DNA of 64,000 nt from the NCBI GenBank assembly GCA_026984835.1, contig JALSRI010000178.1:10430-74429 (forward strand). Reading direction: 5' to 3'. The notes below the pieces were generated by a model. The model was given only the letters and a program-made list of their open reading frames with translations. It made no database searches and was not told where the DNA came from. Made by a program: the position numbers and the translations under genes. This DNA is from Thiohalobacter sp. (GTDB lineage: Bacteria; Pseudomonadota; Gammaproteobacteria; DSM-19610). This document shows positions 57,460 to 64,000 of the stretch, in pieces; the first letter of the stretch is position 1; every line of letters starts with the position of its first letter.

Positions 57460-58389
57460 ATGGACGCTCGGCATTCGAAACAGACTCTGTGGTATACGCG
57501 ACGCGGCGGCGTGGAGCGGGGCCCCTATCCGGCCGGCCAGATCAGCCGCTACGTTCTGCTCGGGCGCATTCGCATGGACGACGAGCTGCGACCCGACAGC
57601 GGCGGCCCCTGGCTGCCGCTCGCTGAGCGCCAGGAACTGGTGCCCGAGGTCATGAAGCTGCCGCCCACCGAGGAAAACCTGCAGAAGCTGGCCATGGCGC
57701 GCATGCGCGAGGACGAACGCCGGCCCGGCGATCGGCGCGAACGTCAGCCGCGTCCACCGGCGGAGGTGCTGGAGCGGCGCCGCAGCGACGAGCGGCGCCA
57801 GCCCGAGACCGAGACCATGCAGCGCCACCGCGAACTCAAGCAGCAGGTCATTGCCGCTGAACCGGCCGGGGCCGATTCATACCGTTATCCGCTGTTGTTC
57901 GCTGTGCTGGTGCTGGTCGCCTTCGCCGCCGGCTACCTGATGGGGGACGTCGACAGTGCCGCGACCGCGGCACCCGATTGCGCCGCGGTCGCGGCCGCCG
58001 GCGTCAACTGGGACAACTGCACCCTGTCCGGCATGCGCGCCAGCGGCGCCGACCTGGCTGGCGCCAGCATCCGCAACGCCCGGCTGGATCACGCCAGCCT
58101 CAGGCGTGCCGCACTCGGCGGCGCGCGGCTCGATTACAGCAGCCTAGCGCTGACCGACCTCCGGCACGCCGACCTCACCGGGGCGGCGCTGGTCGGTGCC
58201 GTGTTGCGCGGCGCCGACCTGCGCGGCGCGCGGCTGCGCCAGGCCAACCTGGCCTATGCCAATCTCAGCGGCGCGCGCATCGAGGGAGCGGATTTCCGCG
58301 GCGCCGTGCTCGACCAGGCCATCTGGGTCGACCGCCGCGTCTGCGCACGCGGCTCGGTGGGCGTGTGCCGGCGCTCAGCGGCGGAATGA
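57460..58389 (+). CDS. GYF_2-domain / single TM / pentapeptide-repeat protein
   Basis: N-terminus WYTRRGGVERGPYPAGQISRYVLLGRI, Arg/Glu-rich linker, TM helix, C-terminal A(D/N)LxG pentapeptide repeats. Confidence 0.65.
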   Translation: MDARHSKQTLWYTRRGGVERGPYPAGQISRYVLLGRIRMDDELRPDSGGPWLPLAERQELVPEVMKLPPTEENLQKLAMARMREDERRPGDRRERQPRPPAEVLERRRSDERRQPETETMQRHRELKQQVIAAEPAGADSYRYPLLFAVLVLVAFAAGYLMGDVDSAATAAPDCAAVAAAGVNWDNCTLSGMRASGADLAGASIRNARLDHASLRRAALGGARLDYSSLALTDLRHADLTGAALVGAVLRGADLRGARLRQANLAYANLSGARIEGADFRGAVLDQAIWVDRRVCARGSVGVCRRSAAE

Positions 58390-58938
58390 TTCGGTACCGT
58401 AGCGCCACACCCGGACGCTGTCGGACCAGTAGTCGGGCGCCAGGCCGGCTTTCAGCTTGAGCTGCTGCAGGAACAGGCGCGGCTCCGGCAGCGATTCCCA
58501 CACGCTGGGCAGGAAGGTGCCCCGGTTGCCGCCTTCCTGCAGGATGAGGCCGTCGACGCCGGGCCGAAGCTGGCGCAACAGATCCTGTTCCGAATCGAAT
58601 TCCATCGGTTCGGGCCTGCTCAGCACGGAGATCTCCAGGTCCAGCCCATCCAGTTCCTTCGCTTCCAGCGGCAGGAAGCGCGGGTCGCGGAAGGCGGCGG
58701 CGAAGGCGTTGTAGGCCACGTCCTCGATCAGCGGGCGGTGGGCCTCCAGGCTGCCGATGCAGCCGCGCAACTGCCCGTGCCGGTGCAGGGTCACGAAGCT
58801 GGCACCGGGTTCGCGCAGGCGTTCCCCGTAGTCCGTCGGCGATACCGCAAGGGGGCGACCCTGTTGCAGGCCGTTGCGTATCGACTGCCATGCGGTGTCG
58901 ATGAGGGTGGCGCGCTCGTCCTCGCTCAGCATGGTCAA
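58375..58938 (-). CDS. AmmeMemoRadiSam system protein A (AMMECR1 domain)
   Basis: LRGCIGSLEA motif. Adjacent to a MEMO1 homologue and a radical SAM gene. Confidence 0.85.
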   Translation of the reverse strand: MTMLSEDERATLIDTAWQSIRNGLQQGRPLAVSPTDYGERLREPGASFVTLHRHGQLRGCIGSLEAHRPLIEDVAYNAFAAAFRDPRFLPLEAKELDGLDLEISVLSRPEPMEFDSEQDLLRQLRPGVDGLILQEGGNRGTFLPSVWESLPEPRLFLQQLKLKAGLAPDYWSDSVRVWRYGTESFRR

Positions 58939-59729
58939 TGCAGTTCGTAGGCCCCGTAGCCGACCACGCGGTCACGGGGGCCGGCGGTATCGCCGGAGTT
59001 GCGCAGGTCCAGCGTGTGCGCCTGCAGGCCGTGGCGACGGGCCGCCAGCAGCAGCCCGTTCAAGGGGTTGCGACCGCAGGCCTGCTCGTGGTGGATGGCT
59101 TCGGGGTGCAGCTGTTCGATGGCACGCGAAGTGGCCGAGTCGATGGTGCGCGCCGTCTCGTAGTCGTGATAGTGGCTCAGGTCGGAACTGATGACGAACA
59201 GGGTCTCGTCACCGTCCCACAGTGGCTCCAGCACCTCGGCCACCTCCCCGGGCTCCGCATCGCCCACGACCAGCGGCACCAGGCTGAAGTCCTCCAGTAC
59301 CGTCTGCAGGAAGGGCAACTGCACCTCCAGGCTGTGTTCGTCGCGGTGTGCCTCGTCCAGTACCTGGACCTGGGGCAGTGACAGGATCTGCTCCAGCGCC
59401 GCCTGGTCGACCGGCACCAGCCCCAGCGGGGTGGCGAAATAGCGTGCGCTGCTGGCCGCCAGACCGTGGAAGGCGACGCGGTGCGCCGGCCCCAGCAGCA
59501 CCACCCGGCGGATGCGCGAGCGCAGCGGTTGCAGCCGGGCGTAGGCGCGGGCCGCCACCGGGCCGGAATAGATGTAGCCGGCGTGCGGCACGATGAGCGC
59601 CTTCGGCGGCGGGCCGGCCGGCGCCTCTTCCCCGGCCAGGAAGTCCGCCACCTGCTGCTGCAGCAGCGCCGGGTCGTCGGGATAGAACATGCCGGCGACC
59701 GCGGGTTGTCTGATCTGGATCACTGTCAT
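58935..59729 (-). CDS. AmmeMemoRadiSam system protein B (MEMO1 family)
   Basis: AGMFYP, IVPHAGYIYSG, SSDLSHY. Confidence 0.85.
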   Translation of the reverse strand: MTVIQIRQPAVAGMFYPDDPALLQQQVADFLAGEEAPAGPPPKALIVPHAGYIYSGPVAARAYARLQPLRSRIRRVVLLGPAHRVAFHGLAASSARYFATPLGLVPVDQAALEQILSLPQVQVLDEAHRDEHSLEVQLPFLQTVLEDFSLVPLVVGDAEPGEVAEVLEPLWDGDETLFVISSDLSHYHDYETARTIDSATSRAIEQLHPEAIHHEQACGRNPLNGLLLAARRHGLQAHTLDLRNSGDTAGPRDRVVGYGAYELH

Positions 59730-59800
59730 CGCCCCTGTCTGCTTCTATACTATTATCAATAGGACTGCAAGGCAGGAATTGCAAGGGGAGTGGACAGCCG

Positions 59801-60907
59801 ATGAACGAACACAGCGACGAATTCGATCCCAGGTATACCGTGCCCACCCGCTACTGGCACAAGCTGGAAGACGGCCGCGTGCAGTGCGACCTGTGTCCCC
59901 GGCTGTGCAAGCTGCACGAGGGCCAGCGCGGCCTGTGTTTCATCCGCGCCAACCAGGGAGGCGAGATCGTGCTGACCAGCTACGGGCGCTCCAGCGGCTT
60001 CTGCGTGGACCCGATCGAGAAGAAGCCGCTCAACCATTTCCTGCCCGGCACGCCGGTGCTGTCCTTCGGCACCGCCGGCTGCAACCTGGCCTGCAAGTTC
60101 TGCCAGAACTGGGATATCAGCAAGTCGCGCGAGATCGACACCCTGGCCGACCACGCCAGCCCGGAACGCATCGCGAAAGTCGCGCAGGAACTGGGCTGCC
60201 GCAGCGTCGCCTTCACCTACAACGACCCGGTCATCTTCCACGAATACGCCATCGACATCGCCCGTGCCTGTCACGAGCGCGACATCCGGACCGTCGCCGT
60301 GACCGCCGGTTATATCGAGCCCGAGCCGCGCAAGGAGTTCTTCGCCCACATGGATGCCGCCAACGTCGACCTGAAGGCCTTCACCGACCGCTTCTACTGG
60401 AAGATCTGCGGCGGCCACCTGCAGCCGGTGCTGGATACCCTGGTCTACCTGAAGCACGAGACCGACGTCTGGTTCGAGCTCACCACGCTGCTGATCCCGG
60501 GCGAGAACGACAGCGACGAGGAACTCGAGGAGATGACCCGGTGGGTGGTGAAGGAACTGGGGCCCGACGTGCCCATGCATTTCACCGCCTTCCATCCCGA
60601 CTACAAGATGATGGACTACCCACTGACCCCGCCCGGGACGCTGGAACGGGCACGGCGCATCGCCATGGACAGCGGCGTACGCTATGCCTACACCGGCAAC
60701 GTGCACGACAAGGCCGGCGGCAGCACCTGGTGCCACAAGTGCGGCGCCCTGCTCATCGAGCGCGACTGGTACGTGCTGGGCGAATGGGGCCTGGACGAGA
60801 ACGGCTGCTGCAAGTCCTGCGGCGAGAAGCTGCCCGGTGTCATCGAGGCCCGGCCGGGCGACTGGGGCGCCAAGCGCCTGCCGGTGCGGCTGGCGGCCTA
60901 CGGTTGA
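59801..60907 (+). CDS. AmmeMemoRadiSam system radical SAM enzyme
   Basis: N-terminal CDLCPRLC, CNLACKFCQN radical SAM cluster, C-terminal CHKCG...CKSCG. Confidence 0.85.
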   Translation: MNEHSDEFDPRYTVPTRYWHKLEDGRVQCDLCPRLCKLHEGQRGLCFIRANQGGEIVLTSYGRSSGFCVDPIEKKPLNHFLPGTPVLSFGTAGCNLACKFCQNWDISKSREIDTLADHASPERIAKVAQELGCRSVAFTYNDPVIFHEYAIDIARACHERDIRTVAVTAGYIEPEPRKEFFAHMDAANVDLKAFTDRFYWKICGGHLQPVLDTLVYLKHETDVWFELTTLLIPGENDSDEELEEMTRWVVKELGPDVPMHFTAFHPDYKMMDYPLTPPGTLERARRIAMDSGVRYAYTGNVHDKAGGSTWCHKCGALLIERDWYVLGEWGLDENGCCKSCGEKLPGVIEARPGDWGAKRLPVRLAAYG

Positions 60908-60928
60908 CTCCGAAAAACTCGGCGTTCC

Positions 60929-60955
60929 GGTGGGGTTCGCTGCGCTCGCCCCACG
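60929..60955 (-). repeat. REP-like palindromic element, type 1 (inverted orientation)
   Basis: The reverse complement is GTGGGGCGAGCGCAGCGAACCCCACC. Confidence 0.75.
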
Positions 60956-60987
60956 GGTGACCTTGACGGTTGTCGCGGCCTCCGTTG

Positions 60988-61014
60988 GGTGGGGTGACGG
61001 AAGGGAACCCCACC
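60988..61014 (+). repeat. REP-like palindromic element, type 2
   Basis: GGTGGGGTgacggaagggAACCCCACC followed by ATGAC, as in the copy at 51048. Confidence 0.75.
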
Positions 61015-61044
61015 ATGACTGTCCGGCAGCCACCCGCCGGTGCT

Positions 61045-63234
61045 TCAGTCCTCGAGCACGAGGAACAGCCCCGCCAGCGGCGGCAGGTCCAGCACGATGG
61101 AGCAGGGCTGCCCCATCCAGGGCACGTCTTCGCTCTGGTGCACGCCGTCCACGTGCAGGTTGCTGCCGGCGTAATACTCCGAGTCGGAGTTCAGCAGCAG
61201 GCGGTAGCTGCCGGGCGCCGGTACGCCGAGGCGGAAGCCGGGACGCGGCACGGGGGTGAAGTTGAAGGTGGCGAGCAGGATCTGGTCGGGCGCCAGGCGC
61301 ATGAAGCTCAGCAGCGAGTTGTCGGCGTCGTCGCAGTCCAGCCAGGCGAAGCCAGCGGATTCGAAGTCGTGGTGGTGCAGGGCCGGCTGGTTGCGGTGCA
61401 GGTGGTTGAGGTCGCGCACCAGTTGCTGCAGGCCGCGGTGGCGGAACTCGTCCAGCAGGTGCCAGTCCAGTGACCGGTCGAAATCCCACTCCGCATACTG
61501 GCCGAACTCGTTGCCCATGAACAGCAGCTTCTTGCCGGGGTAGGCGTACATGTAGGTATAGAGCAGGCGCAGGTTGGCGAAGCGCTGCCAGGCGTCGCCG
61601 GGCATCTTGTCCAGCATGGAACCCTTGCCGTGCACCACCTCGTCGTGCGAGAAGGGCAGCACGAAGTTCTCCGTGAAGGCGTACAGCAGGCCAAAGGTGA
61701 GTTCCTTGTGGTGGAACTTGCGGTGTACCGGGTCCTTGCTCATGTACACCAGGGTGTCGTGCATCCAGCCCATGTTCCATTTCATGCTGAAGCCGAGGCC
61801 GCCGGCATCCACCGGCCGGGTGACCTGTGGCCAGGCGGTGGATTCCTCGGCGATGACCAGGGTGCCGGGCTGTTCGGTATGGGTGACTTCGTTGAGGTGG
61901 CGCAGGAAGTCGATGGCTTCCAGGTTTTCGCGGCCGCCGAATTCGTTGGGGATCCAGTCCCCCGGGTCGCGCGAGTAGTCGAGGTACAGCATGGAGGCGA
62001 CGGCATCCACGCGCAGGCCGTCGATGTGCATGTCTTCCAGCCAGAACACCGCCGAGGCGAGCAGAAAGTTGCGCACCTCGTTGCGTCCGTAGTTGTAGAT
62101 GTAGGTGCCCCAGTCGCGGTGTTCGCCGCGGCGCGGGTCCTCGTGTTCGTACAAGGGTGTGCCGTCGAAGCGGGCCAGGGCAAAATCGTCCCGGGGGAAA
62201 TGCGCCGGCACCCAGTCCAGGATCACGCCGATGCCGTTGCGGTGGCAGTGGTCGACGAAGTAGCGGAAGTCGTCGGGGTCGCCGAAGCGGCTGGTGGGGG
62301 CGAAATAGCCGGTGCTCTGGTAGCCCCAGGAGGCGTCCAACGGGTGTTCCGTGACGGGCAGCAGTTCGATGTGGGTGAAGCCGAGCGGCTTGACGTAGTC
62401 GACCAGCCGGTGGGCCAGGGCGCGGTAGTTCAGGAACTGGCCGGCCTCGTCACGCTGCCACGAACCCAGATGCACCTCGTAGGCGGACATGGGCGCATGC
62501 AGCCAGTCGCCGCCGCGGCGCGCCTGCATCCAGGCCTCGTCCGACCAGGCGTATTCGCTGGGCCGGGTGACCATGGAAGCGGTGCCGGGACGGACCTCGT
62601 AGCGCCGGGCATAGGGGTCGGCCTTCAGGTGTATGCTGCCGTGGGCGCGGTTGCGCAGCTCGAACTTGTAGTATTCGTGGTCGCCCAGGCCGGGGACGAA
62701 CAGCTCCCAGACGCCGCTGCCGCCGCGAACCCGCAGCGGGTGGCAGCGGCCGTCCCAGCGGTTCCAGTCGCCGACCACGCTGACCCGCTCGGCGTTGGGC
62801 GCCCACACGCCGAAGCGCACGCCCCGGACGCCGTCGACCTCCACCCTGTGCGCACCCAGGAAGCGGTGCGCGTGCAGGTGGCGTCCCTCGCCGAACAGGT
62901 GCAGGTCGAAGTCGCCGATCTGCGGCGGGAAGCAGTAGGGGTCCCAGTTGGTCCACTCGATGCCGGCGTCGTCGATCCAGCGCAGCCGGTAGCGCTCCGG
63001 CACCCGTTCGGCGGCGCCGCGCCATTCGAAGAAGCCGCTGTCGCCCAGCCGTTGCAGGGGCTCGCCGGCCTCCTCCAGCCACACCTCGGTGGCGTAGGGC
63101 AGCCAGGCCCGCACCAGCGCCTGGTCGCCGTCCTGGTGGCGGCCCAGTACCTCGAAGGGGTCGTGGTGGCGTGCCTGCTGGATGCGCAGCAGCCCGTCGG
63201 GCAGGGGGGGGGCGGATTGGAGCGCACGTGTCAC
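61045..63234 (-). CDS. glgB: 1,4-alpha-glucan branching enzyme
   Basis: 729 aa. GH13 motifs [44 protein letters not shown]. Confidence 0.95.
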   Translation of the reverse strand: MTRALQSAPPLPDGLLRIQQARHHDPFEVLGRHQDGDQALVRAWLPYATEVWLEEAGEPLQRLGDSGFFEWRGAAERVPERYRLRWIDDAGIEWTNWDPYCFPPQIGDFDLHLFGEGRHLHAHRFLGAHRVEVDGVRGVRFGVWAPNAERVSVVGDWNRWDGRCHPLRVRGGSGVWELFVPGLGDHEYYKFELRNRAHGSIHLKADPYARRYEVRPGTASMVTRPSEYAWSDEAWMQARRGGDWLHAPMSAYEVHLGSWQRDEAGQFLNYRALAHRLVDYVKPLGFTHIELLPVTEHPLDASWGYQSTGYFAPTSRFGDPDDFRYFVDHCHRNGIGVILDWVPAHFPRDDFALARFDGTPLYEHEDPRRGEHRDWGTYIYNYGRNEVRNFLLASAVFWLEDMHIDGLRVDAVASMLYLDYSRDPGDWIPNEFGGRENLEAIDFLRHLNEVTHTEQPGTLVIAEESTAWPQVTRPVDAGGLGFSMKWNMGWMHDTLVYMSKDPVHRKFHHKELTFGLLYAFTENFVLPFSHDEVVHGKGSMLDKMPGDAWQRFANLRLLYTYMYAYPGKKLLFMGNEFGQYAEWDFDRSLDWHLLDEFRHRGLQQLVRDLNHLHRNQPALHHHDFESAGFAWLDCDDADNSLLSFMRLAPDQILLATFNFTPVPRPGFRLGVPAPGSYRLLLNSDSEYYAGSNLHVDGVHQSEDVPWMGQPCSIVLDLPPLAGLFLVLED

Positions 63235-63377
63235 GGATGAAACCCTGTCGTGTGGATGGACGGAAACGAATCGGCCGGCGGGTCTTCAACACCGGCGCAT
63301 AGATGGTACCATAGGCGGCAACGAAGGCGGCCACCAGCGGGACGAGGCTGCCAGCGCCTGCAGGGAGACGTCGTTTC

Positions 63378-64000
63378 ATGAACCCTACCCATTCGGCACG
63401 CTTCGTCAGTCGCCTGACGCGGGATACCATTGCCTTGATCCTGGCCGGGGGGCGTGGCTCGCGCTTGCGGCAGCTCACCCTGTGGCGCGCCAAGCCGGCG
63501 GTGCCCTTCGGCGGCAAGTTCCGCATCATCGACTTCCCGCTGTCCAACTGCGTGAACTCGGGCATCCGTCGCATCGGCGTGCTGACCCAGTACAAGGCGC
63601 ACTCGCTGATCCAGCACATCCAGCGCGGCTGGGGTTTCCTGCGCGGCGAGTTCGGCGAGTTCGTGGAGCTGCTGCCGGCCCAGCAGCGCATCGAGTCGTC
63701 CTGGTATGCCGGTACCGCCGACGCCGTCTACCAGAATCTCGATATCCTGCGCAATCACAACCCGGAATACGTACTCGTCCTGGCCGGGGACCACATCTAC
63801 AAGATGGACTACGGTCCCATGATCGCCCAGCACGTAGAGAGCCAGGCCGACATGACCATCGGCTGTATCGAGGTGGACCTGCAGCGGGCGCGGGAGTTCG
63901 GGGTCATGACAGTGGATGCCGACGACCGCATCACCGACTTCAACGAAAAGCCGGATCAGCCCCAGCCCCTGCCGGGCCGGGACGACGTGGCGCTGGCGTC
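63378..64000 (+). CDS. glgC: glucose-1-phosphate adenylyltransferase (3' end outside window)
   Basis: My own translation from ATG 63378: [58 protein letters not shown]. Not in the ORF track because no stop falls inside the window. Confidence 0.9.
   Translation, partial: MNPTHSARFVSRLTRDTIALILAGGRGSRLRQLTLWRAKPAVPFGGKFRIIDFPLSNCVNSGIRRIGVLTQYKAHSLIQHIQRGWGFLRGEFGEFVELLPAQQRIESSWYAGTADAVYQNLDILRNHNPEYVLVLAGDHIYKMDYGPMIAQHVESQADMTIGCIEVDLQRAREFGVMTVDADDRITDFNEKPDQPQPLPGRDDVALA

Noticed and set aside
50917-61014. Possibility that the repeated GGTGGGGT...ACCCCACC elements form a CRISPR array.
   Set aside because: The copies are in both orientations, irregularly spaced, split over three distant spacers and internally palindromic with variable loops. 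No cas genes are present.

Overview
High-GC (about 65-70%) proteobacterial-type chromosomal DNA, densely coding, with 59 supportable CDS. I found no tRNA, rRNA, CRISPR array, transposase or integrase. All product calls come from reading motifs in the supplied translations, because no database search was possible.

The window looks like a low-oxygen / energy-starvation survival island. It has four main parts:

- **Operon 1 (13955-29166, minus strand).** Nine tightly packed genes in the order ppsA, pta, LOG-family, beta-CASP MBL hydrolase, ackA, P-type H+-ATPase, phosphoketolase, alpha-glucan phosphorylase, TauE. A perfect TTGAT-N4-ATCAA (FNR/CRP-family) box sits in front at class II promoter spacing.
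- **Operon 2 (4025-13404, minus strand).** ftsH, a second type IIIA-like P-type ATPase, a CPA2-type antiporter, a Ca/Mg-type P-type ATPase and PPK2.
- **Scattered extra genes.** Central-carbon genes: enolase, gpmA, transaldolase, class I aldolase, glgB, glgC. Stress and envelope genes: two USPs (one with a second FNR-type box), two DUF1269-like proteins, cardiolipin synthase, CFA synthase, two DedA-type proteins, YfdX with an ECF sigma/anti-sigma pair, copper chaperones and feoAB.
- **Modules of unknown function.** A thymidine/AMP-phosphorylase-like plus Prs-like plus Cys-rich membrane protein plus FAD-oxidoreductase cluster, bracketed by a REP-like palindromic repeat family. An AmmeMemoRadiSam triad. 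An orphan FliK-like/FlhB-C-like pair. A GYF-pentapeptide protein with a sigma54-like promoter.

The many long Arg/Gly/Pro-rich ORFs antisense to these genes are GC-content artefacts.
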